A stretch of DNA of 64,000 nt from Candidatus Eiseniibacteriota bacterium (GTDB lineage: Bacteria; Eisenbacteria; RBG-16-71-46): the NCBI GenBank assembly GCA_031364845.1, contig JANLWX010000231.1, forward strand, positions 32,001 to 96,000, given 5' to 3'. The position numbers and the translations under genes were made by a program. The notes beneath the pieces are model-generated. The model did no database searches and was not told the DNA's origin. It worked only from the letters and a program-made list of their open reading frames with translations. This document shows, piece after piece, positions 50,491 to 59,650 of the stretch (positions within the stretch are counted from its first letter, which is position 1; every line of letters begins with the position of its first letter).

Positions 50491-53400
50491 GCCCGCGTGC
50501 TCGTTTGTGGGTGAAGCGCGCGGCGCTCACGATCACGACGCTCGCGGTCCTCGTCACGGCGACCATCGCGTGGCTCATCAGCACCGTGTCCGGAGCGCGG
50601 TGGGGATTCGAACGGATCGACGCGTTTCTACCGGGAACGTTGCGCGTCGAGTACGTGACCGGCCGGCTGAGCGGCCCGCTCGAAGTGCGCCGGCTGCGCT
50701 ACGAGAGCGACCGGATCCAGATCTCGATCGAGCGTCTGGCCATCGACTGGAGCTTGCGCGCGCTCGCGCTGCGCCGCCTCGACGTGCGCACGCTGGATGC
50801 GGACAGCGTGCGCATCGTTCATCTGACGCCCAAGGAGGCGGCGGCCGCGGAAGACACGCTCAAGCCCGAGTTGCCCGACCTCGATCTTCCGATGGACGTG
50901 ATGATCCGCAAAGCCCGAGTGACCGGGCTGTTCGTCACCGGCGCCGAAGCCGAGAGCGCGTTCGTCGTCGAACGGATCGACCTCACGTCGGGCTCTTTCC
51001 GCGACACGCTCGGCATCGGCCTGCTCGTGATGCAGATGCCGCGCGGACGACTCGAACTCGAGGGACGCGCGCGTCCCAACGGACGGTATGCGGTGGATCT
51101 TCGCGCGCGCTGGTCGTTTCGCACCGAAGGCGATCGCCTGTGGAGCGGAGACGGACGCCTCGTCGGTTCACTCGACACGGTACGCGTGATCCAGGACGTG
51201 CGTTCGCCGTTTCAAGCCCACATCGAGGGACTCGCCTTCGAACCGCTGCGCCATCCGCGCTTCGACGCCGTCATCGACTTCTCGCGCATGGATCCGCGCG
51301 TCTTCGGCGATTCCTACCCTGCCGCGGTTGCGAGCGGGCGCATGACGGTCGCGGGAACGCCCGACACGTTCGACACGCGCGGCTCGGTCGATGCGATCAC
51401 GCGATCGTGGGGACACGTGATGGGCAGCTATCGATTCTCACGCGCGCCGGAACAGGTACGCTTTCAGGAGATCGTCGTGACCCAGCCCGGGCGCCCGTCG
51501 CGCATCGTCGCTCAGGGACGCATCGCGACTGTCGGAGAAAGTCCTGCCATGCAGTTTCAGGGACGCTGGACCCGGCTCGAATTCCCCCTCACCGGAACGC
51601 CGCATGCGTTCAGTCCGACCGGAGCGTTCCGCATCGCAGGAACGACCGACCGCTATCGGCTGAGCTCCGAAGCGATGCTCGGCGTGAAATGGGTACCCCC
51701 CACTCCGGTCAAGGTCGCGGGAACCGGCACCCCGCGCGTGATCGATCTGAACACGATCTCGGGAGCGTTGCTCGGAGGAAACGTCGCCGGCCGCGGCCGC
51801 GTGACGCTCGATGCTCCGCTTGGATGGAATCTCACGTTCACGGCGCGCGATCTCGATCCGTCGACGGTGTGGCAGGCGTATCCCGGCAGCTTCGGCTTCG
51901 AAGCGCGAACGCGCGGTGACGCGCGCGACGGCGGCCCGGTCGGTGTCGTCACGATCGAGAACCTCAGCGGGCAGGTGCGCGAAGAGCCGGTCTCGGGACG
52001 ACTCGATCTGGATCTGGTCCCCGGCGGCAATTCGGTGAGGAACCTCGCGGTGCTATGGGGAACGAATGAGCTCACCGCCTCGGGCCTGCTCGCCGATCGG
52101 TGGGATCTCGACTGGACCCTGAACGCCCCCGACCTCAGCGTGATCCCGCATGGCGCGGGACGCATGATCGCCCAGGGACACTTCGGCGGTTCGGAGGCTG
52201 GCCCCCACATCACGGCGTCGCTCGAAGCCGATTCGATACGTTGGAAACACGACGGTGCGCACCGCGTGACGCTCGATGCGGACATCGACCTGGGCGGTGG
52301 CCGGGTCGGCAAGCTCGACGCCGAAGCCGCGGGACTTCACGTCGCGTCCCGATCGCTCCTGCACGCCGGCGTCCATGGCAGCGGGTGGCGAGACGCGCAC
52401 GAAGTGACCCTCACCGCACGCAACGGCTCGGACAGCATCCGCACTGCGGTCCGTGGAGGACTCTTGGACGGCGAGTGGCGCGGAGATCTCACGCAGATGG
52501 ATCTCGTCTCGCAGGACTTCGGATCGTGGTCGCTCGACAGCAGCGCGGCCGCGCTCGCGGCGAGCCGCGAGGCTGCATCGATGCGCGGCTTCTCGTGGAA
52601 ATCCGGGGCCTCGCGAGTGGATCTCGACGCCACGTGGCGCAAGGGCAACACGTGGACACTGAACAGCATCCTCGAGAGCATCCGGCTCGCGGTGCTCCAG
52701 CCGTTCATGCCGCCCGCCGTGACGATCGAAGGCACCTTCGCCGGAGCAGTTCACGCGCGAGGAACCGGATCTCAGGTGGCCGGCGACGCCCAGATCGATC
52801 TTGGTCAAGGCGAACTGCGCTATCCGGTCGGTAAGAAGAAGACGGGAACCACCACGATCGAACCGAGCACGATCCGGGCGTTCGCCGACGGACGCTCCGT
52901 GTCCGGTGAAGCCGCGTTGTCGTTCGGCGCGGCGGGCACCGTCAGCGGTCACGTCCGGATGCCGCAGAGGTCAGGCGGTGACGCGCTCGACGGAGCGTTG
53001 AAGGTCGCATTGACCGATCTCGGCGTTGCGCAGGTGGTGCTGCCCGAACTCACGGCGACGCGCGGCCGGCTCGATGCCGACCTGCGGCTATCGGGTACCC
53101 GCTCCCGTCCGCAGTGGTCCGGTCAGGCGGCACTCAGCGAAGGTGCGGCGGACGTCCCGAGGTACGGGCTCGAACTGCGTGACGCGCAATTCAAGGTGCA
53201 GGGTCAGGGCGGGAGCCTCGCGTTCGACGGCGGTATGCGCTCGGGTCCGGGAACGTTGCAGGTAAAGGGAGATGCCCAGCTCACCCCGGGTGTGGCGCGC
53301 GCCCAGGCCACGCTTACCGGCAGCCGCTTCCAGGCTTCGAAGACGCAGAGCCTCAACGTGCTCGTCTCTCCGCAGCTTCACATCACGATGGTCGGAGATT

Positions 53401-54248
53401 CGGCGCGGCTCACCGGTGAAGTGCTGATTCCCGAAGCTGACATCCGCAATCAGGAGCGCCAGCGCGAGGCGATCGGTTCCTCCAAGGACGTCGTCTACGT
53501 CGGTGCCGACTCCGGCGCATTCGAGAAGCGCGCGGCGTTCGTGATGTCGTCTTCCGTGCGTCTGGTGCTCGGCGAACTGGTGCGCATCCGCGCGGCCGGG
53601 CTCGATGCACGGCCCACCGGCAGCGTGCTCGCGATCGACAAACCCGGCTCACCGATGTCCGGCAGCGGCGAATTGAATCTCACCGGAGGTACCTATAAGG
53701 CGTACGGGCAGGACCTGCGCATCGAACGCGGCCGCCTGTTCTTCGCGGGCGGGCTCATTGCGAATCCCGGTCTCGACTTTCGCGCCTCGCGGCTTGCGCG
53801 CGACGGAGTGGTCGCCGGTTTCGAAGTGACGGGAACGCTCGAAACCCCGCGCTTCGCGTTGTTCTCGGATCCGCCGATGGCCGAGCGCGACGCGCTCGCC
53901 TATGTCGTGCTCGGGCACAAGCTCAACGACAAGAGTGAATCGGAGTCGGGCATCGTCACGTCGGCCGCGCAGTCGCTGGGCTTGAGCGGCGGCAATCTCA
54001 TCGCGAGTTCGGTGGCGAGCCGGTTCGGAATCGACGAGGCCTCCATCGAAACCGAGGGAACGCTCGAGCAGGCTCAGTTGATGCTCGGGACGTACCTGTC
54101 GCCGCGCGTCTACGTGAACTACGGGATCGGCGTGATCGACCCGGTGAGCCTGCTGCGGATCCAATACTTCCTCAACAGCAAGTGGACGCTGCACGCCGAG
54201 ACCGGCAGCCAGAGCAGCGCTGAAGTGCTGTACACGATCGAGCGCTAG
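50487..54248 (+). CDS. tamB: Translocation/assembly module TamB
   Basis: GTGA overlap with tamA; N-terminal anchor; C-terminal 'GTYKAYGQDL.IERG', 'GTYLSPRVYVNYG'. Confidence 0.9.
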   Translation: MSPRARLWVKRAALTITTLAVLVTATIAWLISTVSGARWGFERIDAFLPGTLRVEYVTGRLSGPLEVRRLRYESDRIQISIERLAIDWSLRALALRRLDVRTLDADSVRIVHLTPKEAAAAEDTLKPELPDLDLPMDVMIRKARVTGLFVTGAEAESAFVVERIDLTSGSFRDTLGIGLLVMQMPRGRLELEGRARPNGRYAVDLRARWSFRTEGDRLWSGDGRLVGSLDTVRVIQDVRSPFQAHIEGLAFEPLRHPRFDAVIDFSRMDPRVFGDSYPAAVASGRMTVAGTPDTFDTRGSVDAITRSWGHVMGSYRFSRAPEQVRFQEIVVTQPGRPSRIVAQGRIATVGESPAMQFQGRWTRLEFPLTGTPHAFSPTGAFRIAGTTDRYRLSSEAMLGVKWVPPTPVKVAGTGTPRVIDLNTISGALLGGNVAGRGRVTLDAPLGWNLTFTARDLDPSTVWQAYPGSFGFEARTRGDARDGGPVGVVTIENLSGQVREEPVSGRLDLDLVPGGNSVRNLAVLWGTNELTASGLLADRWDLDWTLNAPDLSVIPHGAGRMIAQGHFGGSEAGPHITASLEADSIRWKHDGAHRVTLDADIDLGGGRVGKLDAEAAGLHVASRSLLHAGVHGSGWRDAHEVTLTARNGSDSIRTAVRGGLLDGEWRGDLTQMDLVSQDFGSWSLDSSAAALAASREAASMRGFSWKSGASRVDLDATWRKGNTWTLNSILESIRLAVLQPFMPPAVTIEGTFAGAVHARGTGSQVAGDAQIDLGQGELRYPVGKKKTGTTTIEPSTIRAFADGRSVSGEAALSFGAAGTVSGHVRMPQRSGGDALDGALKVALTDLGVAQVVLPELTATRGRLDADLRLSGTRSRPQWSGQAALSEGAADVPRYGLELRDAQFKVQGQGGSLAFDGGMRSGPGTLQVKGDAQLTPGVARAQATLTGSRFQASKTQSLNVLVSPQLHITMVGDSARLTGEVLIPEADIRNQERQREAIGSSKDVVYVGADSGAFEKRAAFVMSSSVRLVLGELVRIRAAGLDARPTGSVLAIDKPGSPMSGSGELNLTGGTYKAYGQDLRIERGRLFFAGGLIANPGLDFRASRLARDGVVAGFEVTGTLETPRFALFSDPPMAERDALAYVVLGHKLNDKSESESGIVTSAAQSLGLSGGNLIASSVASRFGIDEASIETEGTLEQAQLMLGTYLSPRVYVNYGIGVIDPVSLLRIQYFLNSKWTLHAETGSQSSAEVLYTIER

Positions 54249-54867
54249 CCCGCTGGCCCCTGCGCGGGGCCGCCCGATTGCCACGGCGCACCGGATCCAA
54301 AGCTACAACGCTTGTAAGAATCCGCGATTCATTCCAACAATTTCCCTGCGATCGGGCCGCCCCCAGTACTTCGCGTTCGACATGACCGAGCCGCGGTACT
54401 GCGTTGGGGTTCAAATGGTTATTACAATTGATGATCCGGGGCAAGTTCGCACTTACGGAGTGGCATGCTGGGTGCTCTGTTGTTAGATCGCATCCGCGCG
54501 TGAGCGGCGAGAGACATGAGTCCGGTGGCACCAACGTCAGGGAGTGCCAGGACCGGAACCAGCGAAGCGGGACAGCGGCTCACGTACCGTTTGAGTGGCA
54601 CAACGAGCACAAGACGATCGCAGAGACGTTTGACTGATATTCCACGAAGCGACCGTTGATGCGATCAAACGCGGTCCTGTTTCACTGGTCTTGCGACCAG
54701 CCTGAATTCCAGAGGCGCCTGCGCACGGACGCGAGGCGCCTCTTCTATTGTTCCGGACTCGTCTTCCCCGCGACCCGCCCGGTGGACAATGTGGACAAGT
54801 CTGTGGGGAACTCCAACTATCCGAAGCGTACGTACGATCGAACGCCTGCCACTTTCAGGAGACGAAC

Positions 54868-55347
54868 ATGAACACGAGAGTCCGCGACGAAAGCAGCACC
54901 ACCGACCGCGAGATCGCCCTGTCACGCGTGGTCGACGCTCCTCGAGAAGCCGTCTTCGTCGCGTGGACCGAACCCGAGCAGGTGGCGGACTGGTGGGGCC
55001 CCGACGGCTTCACGAACACGATCGGGGAGATGGAGGTGCGGCCGGGTGGCGTGTGGCGTTTTGTCATGCACGGGCCCGACGGCGTCGACTATCCGAATCA
55101 CATCGTGTTCATCGAAGTCGTGGAGCCGGAGCGGCTGGTCTACAGCCACCGCGGCGACGATGGCGAGGCGGGCGGCACGTTCCTCGTGACGGTGACGTTC
55201 GGTGAACTGGACGGCAAGACTCACGTCACGATGACGTTGCTGTTCGACACGGTGGAACACCACGACCGCGTGGTCGAGGAGTTCAGTATGATCGACGGCG
55301 GCAAGCAGGCGCTCGGCCGCCTCGCGCGGTTCGTGAAGGGCGTGTAG
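54868..55347 (+). CDS. SRPBCC/AHSA1 (START-like) protein
   Basis: CAGGAG RBS; 'DREI..SRVVDAPRE.VF.AWT', 'WWGPDGF', 'RPGG.WRFVMHGPDG'. Confidence 0.9.
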   Translation: MNTRVRDESSTTDREIALSRVVDAPREAVFVAWTEPEQVADWWGPDGFTNTIGEMEVRPGGVWRFVMHGPDGVDYPNHIVFIEVVEPERLVYSHRGDDGEAGGTFLVTVTFGELDGKTHVTMTLLFDTVEHHDRVVEEFSMIDGGKQALGRLARFVKGV

Positions 55348-55398
55348 TACGGCAGGCATCGCGGCCACGCCCGCCCGCAGCGGGTGCCCCGCGCGCGC

Positions 55399-56901
55399 TC
55401 AGGGTTGCGGAATCTCGATCAGGGTCGTGGTGTTCGATGTCCACCGCACGAGGATCCGGCCCGAGCGGCTGAGCTGGGCCATACACTCGACGAACGCGCG
55501 CGGGTAGTTGGCGCCGTTGAACGCCTCGCCCTGCGGAACGTTGGGCACGATCGCGAACCGGATGTGATGACGCCGTAGCGCCATCAGCGCCGAATCGCAG
55601 TCGGCGGTCAGGAACATCTCGACCGGATGCGACGGCTGGCCCCATGGAATCGGCCACGTCGCCGCGCGCCCGCTGTAGTAGACCGTGTCGTAGGTGTAGA
55701 GCGACAGCACGGTCGCCTGCTCGGGAACGTGCTCCCGCACCGCCTGCATCACGGGATCGAGTTCGGGAGGCGCGTCGAGATACACGCGATAGTTCTGGAG
55801 TGTCGCGACGAAATAGGCCGCGATGGCGAGCAGTGCGATGTCGCACGCCATCACCAGTCCCCGTCGCGCCGCCAGCGACTCCGCCACCGCCAGCGCGCCG
55901 AGCACCGCGAGCGCCACGATCACGGGCAGCATGTGACGTGCGTCGAGCAACGGCTGCAACGGTGCCAGCGCAATCAGCGCGAGGCACACTCCGATCAATC
56001 CGACTCCCAGCGACCCGCGCCGACGCACGATCGCGACCGATAGCGCGCCGAGCAACATCACGCCGATGCCGGCGCCGATGTAGAGACCCATCTGGCGGTA
56101 GAACGAGCCGGGTGAAGGCGTGAAGGTCGCCTTGTTGAGCGCGTAGAGCAGCGGATCCAGATCCGGGGCGAGCGCCGGATAGACCGGACTGCCGTAGAAG
56201 ATCTGGTTGCGCACGAACATCGGCAACGCGATCGCGACGCCGATGATCGCGGCATACGCAAAGTGACGCGCGACCCTGCGCTCGCCGCGCCATGCGTAGA
56301 AGCCCGCGAGGCCGAACGTGACCGCGACCAGTGCCAGCGACGAATGCTTGGCGACCAGCGCCAGGCCGATCACGACGCCAAGCATCACGGCACTGCGCGC
56401 GCGCGTCGAACGGCGCACGACCAGCATCAACAGCAGTGCTGTCACGGCCAGCAGCGTCGTCAGCTGTTCGACGTACATGCGGACCGCATGCACGCCGAGC
56501 CACGCGTTCGCGATGCAGAGACACACCGCCCACCGGCCTGCCGAGGCCGAGCCGAGCCGGCGGCACAGCATCACGATCGAAAGCAGCAGCGTCCCCGTGA
56601 TCGCGACGTTCAGCAGCTTGAAGCCCGCCTCGCCGCCCGCCTTGACCGCCCCGGCGCCGAGCATGTGATAGAGCGGCGGGTAGTAGTAGGAGAACCCGGA
56701 GTAGAGCTCGGGGATCGTGCGCGGAAGCGTTCCGTGCACGGCGATCCATTGCGACATGAACGCGTGGAAACACTCGTCGGTCGAGAGGCGCGCGCCGAGC
56801 GCCTGCGGAATCAACCCGGCCACCCACACGAGTGCGAGCACCAGCGTCAGCGCGCCGGCGGCGATGTCCCACGTGATCGCGCCGTGTTTGCGGCCGGGCA
56901 T
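55399..56901 (-). CDS. ArnT/PMT-like (GT-C) membrane glycosyltransferase
   Basis: 'STDECFH', 'YYPPLYH', 'MYVE', 'GLALVAK', 'RN..FYGSPVYP'; start uncertain. Confidence 0.72.
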   Translation of the reverse strand: MPGRKHGAITWDIAAGALTLVLALVWVAGLIPQALGARLSTDECFHAFMSQWIAVHGTLPRTIPELYSGFSYYYPPLYHMLGAGAVKAGGEAGFKLLNVAITGTLLLSIVMLCRRLGSASAGRWAVCLCIANAWLGVHAVRMYVEQLTTLLAVTALLLMLVVRRSTRARSAVMLGVVIGLALVAKHSSLALVAVTFGLAGFYAWRGERRVARHFAYAAIIGVAIALPMFVRNQIFYGSPVYPALAPDLDPLLYALNKATFTPSPGSFYRQMGLYIGAGIGVMLLGALSVAIVRRRGSLGVGLIGVCLALIALAPLQPLLDARHMLPVIVALAVLGALAVAESLAARRGLVMACDIALLAIAAYFVATLQNYRVYLDAPPELDPVMQAVREHVPEQATVLSLYTYDTVYYSGRAATWPIPWGQPSHPVEMFLTADCDSALMALRRHHIRFAIVPNVPQGEAFNGANYPRAFVECMAQLSRSGRILVRWTSNTTTLIEIPQP

Positions 56902-57130
56902 CGCGCGCGAGGATTCTGATGGATCGCGGCGCGCGCGGGATCGCGCGGTCACGCGGGTTCGGTCCTCGCCATCGTCGCTACGCGCATCGGTCGGTCTCCA
57001 TGAGCGGGCGGTCCGGGTGAGCGTGTCGGACCCGCCGGGCCGGGCGCCGCGCGATCTTGCCCGACGCATCGTGCTTATGCCAAATTGCCGCGATTGATGG
57101 ACTCGACCCACAGGATACGGAGGCCGTTCT

Positions 57131-58129
57131 ATGCTGAAACTGTTCAAGGTTCTGGGGGCGCTGATCCTCCTGGTGGTGATCGTCGCCGGGGGCGCATTTC
57201 TGTGGGCGCGCCAGGTGTCGACCGCCAAATATCAGAAGATGTGGACCGCGCACGAGGCCACGTTTCCGATTCCGTTTCCGCTCGACTCGGTCGAGATCGA
57301 CGCACTCGCGCGCGAACGCATCGCCGCAGGCGCGGGGGCGCGTGATCCGCTCGCCGGTGTCGACCTCGAAGCCGTCGCACTCGACCGCGCGCAAAATCGC
57401 GGGCAGCACCTGGTCGAGAGCCGGCTCGGATGCCTCGCCTGCCACGGTCCGGATGCCGGCGGCAACGTGGTCATCAACGTTCCCGTCGTCGGCTACTGGG
57501 CCGCCCCCAACCTCACGTCGGGTCCGGGCAGCGTGACCAACGGATTCTCCCCGCGCGACTGGGATCTCGCGGTGCGCCACGGCATCCGCCACACCGGACA
57601 GAGTTCCTCGATGCCGTCCGGAGAATTCGTGAACCTCTCCGACCGCGAGTTGTCGGATGTCGTGTCCTACATCCGCAGCCGTCCGGCGGTCGATCGCAAT
57701 GTCGGGCCAGTCCGCCTCGGGCCGGTGTTCACGTTCCTGACCGCCACCGATCCCACGATGCTTGCGGCATTCGTCATCGACCATCAGAAGCCGCACGCGC
57801 TCGAGCCGCCCGCCGAGGCGGTCACGCTCGAGCTGGGAGAGCACATCGTCGCGACCTGTCGCGGATGTCATCAGCAGAATCTCGCCGGCGGAAAGGTGCA
57901 GGGCGATCCCAACATGCCGATCGTCGCCAACATCACGCCGCACGAGACCGGGCTCAAGGACTGGACCGAGGGCGATTTCATCCGCTCGATGCGCGAAGGC
58001 AAGCGTCCGAACGGGACCGCGATCTCCGAGACGATGCCGTGGAAGTCCTACGCCAAGATGACCGACACCGAGTTGAAGGCGGTGTGGCTCTACCTGCGTT
58101 CGGTGCCGCCGCTGCCCAAGGGCAAGTAG
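57131..58129 (+). CDS. Membrane-anchored diheme cytochrome c
   Basis: CLACH and CRGCH heme motifs; APNLT/ANITP; MP axial ligands; GGAGG RBS. Confidence 0.9.
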   Translation: MLKLFKVLGALILLVVIVAGGAFLWARQVSTAKYQKMWTAHEATFPIPFPLDSVEIDALARERIAAGAGARDPLAGVDLEAVALDRAQNRGQHLVESRLGCLACHGPDAGGNVVINVPVVGYWAAPNLTSGPGSVTNGFSPRDWDLAVRHGIRHTGQSSSMPSGEFVNLSDRELSDVVSYIRSRPAVDRNVGPVRLGPVFTFLTATDPTMLAAFVIDHQKPHALEPPAEAVTLELGEHIVATCRGCHQQNLAGGKVQGDPNMPIVANITPHETGLKDWTEGDFIRSMREGKRPNGTAISETMPWKSYAKMTDTELKAVWLYLRSVPPLPKGK

Positions 58130-58132
58130 GGC

Positions 58133-59650
58133 CTATTTCACCACGATGTCGTCGCCCGGCTCCATCTTCGGCTCCTTGAGCCGCGGGATCGACGGCGCCC
58201 GGTCGATCGAGAGCTGAAGGTCCGCGTCCGCCAGCGCACGGACGCGGATCTCTTCTTTGGTCGCGCGCACCGCCACCACGCCCGCCTGTTCGATGCGGCC
58301 GCTCAGCCACGTCCCGCGCGCCGGCAGCTTGCGGTTCATGCCGTCCTCGGCGAGATCCGCCAACTGGTCGACCACCGCCGAATCCGGAAGTCGCGCTTTC
58401 TCGCGCAGGAAGTCGCGCAGCTTCACGTCGTTGAGCCACTCGTAGCCCTGGACCAGCACCGCCGCGGTTCCGACGTCGTAGTCGAGATCGGGCACCGTGA
58501 TCTGGCGGGTGATCAAGTCGTAGCCCGGCGTGCCGGTGAAGAAGATGCGCCCGCGAACCGCGCCGGACACACGCACGCCCAGCGCGACCTTGCCCCCGCC
58601 GATTCCCGAGATGCGCACATCGCGGATCCGAAGGCGGTGTCCTGCCTGCTCGATGGTGCGACCGACCATCGCCTTCCTCAACATCACGGTCGCAACGGGA
58701 TAGGTGAACGACGCATCGAGCAGCACGCGCGCCCCGCGGCCCACGTCGCTCGCGCGCTCGAGCGGGGGCAGCGGCAACGAATCGAGCGCCGGGCGGGGAC
58801 CGGTCGTGATGCGCGGCGTCGCGAACAACCGCAGATTCGCGAACGCCGTCTTCGCGGTGGCGCCGACCGAGCCGAGCTGCGCCCCCGACGGATTGATCGT
58901 CAGATACACGCTGTCGGCGAGTCGCACCGGTTTCTGCAGGCTCCGCCACACCTTCTCGAACCGGGGACGGACCGGCCATCGCTGGACGGCGCGATCGAAC
59001 TTCGCGAGCTTTTCGGTGAGCAGTCCGCGCGTCTTGTTGAACACCTGTTCGGTGACGTCGATCCTGAGGAACGTGAGCCGGCACCGATCGCGGGCGCTGT
59101 CGCTGTAGGCCTCGAGCCGGAGCACCCGCGATTGCGTGCGCAGCTCCCAATCGGGAGTCAGTTCCGCCCTCGACTCGATCGCGAGTGTCGCGCGCCGCGG
59201 CAGATCGCCTCCGGTTCCGCACGACACCTCGACCTCGGGCCCGATCGGGGGCGCATACCACACCTTGCCCGAGTATTCGACGTCCGCGGAGATCGTCACC
59301 GTCTGGCCGCTGACTCTGACGCGGAACGGTGAACGCTGGAGCAGAAACGCGTAGTGAACGCGCTCGTTGGTCTCGTTCTGGAACCGCACGTCGAGGTCGC
59401 CGTAGAGCTTGGGCACCGCGGCTTCGAGCGAATCGATGGCGGTGTCGAGGTCGTAGGTGATCGGGGCCTCGACAACCGAAATCGGGATCGGCGGCAATGA
59501 GTCGGCCGCGTCGGCGATCAATTCGGGCTGCGGTGCGTCGAGCACCAGTGTCGTGTTGCGCCACATCAGCACCGCCACGGTCGCCACGATGATCAGCGCG
59601 GAGCCGAACACGGCGAGTCGGCGCGTCGAGGGTGCCATTGAGGGGCTCAC
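58133..59650 (-). CDS. DUF4403-like protein
   Basis: N-terminal TM; 'P.S....PI', 'GRIFFTGTPGYD...ITVPDLDYD'; coupled to the kinase stop. Confidence 0.6.
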   Translation of the reverse strand: MSPSMAPSTRRLAVFGSALIIVATVAVLMWRNTTLVLDAPQPELIADAADSLPPIPISVVEAPITYDLDTAIDSLEAAVPKLYGDLDVRFQNETNERVHYAFLLQRSPFRVRVSGQTVTISADVEYSGKVWYAPPIGPEVEVSCGTGGDLPRRATLAIESRAELTPDWELRTQSRVLRLEAYSDSARDRCRLTFLRIDVTEQVFNKTRGLLTEKLAKFDRAVQRWPVRPRFEKVWRSLQKPVRLADSVYLTINPSGAQLGSVGATAKTAFANLRLFATPRITTGPRPALDSLPLPPLERASDVGRGARVLLDASFTYPVATVMLRKAMVGRTIEQAGHRLRIRDVRISGIGGGKVALGVRVSGAVRGRIFFTGTPGYDLITRQITVPDLDYDVGTAAVLVQGYEWLNDVKLRDFLREKARLPDSAVVDQLADLAEDGMNRKLPARGTWLSGRIEQAGVVAVRATKEEIRVRALADADLQLSIDRAPSIPRLKEPKMEPGDDIVVK

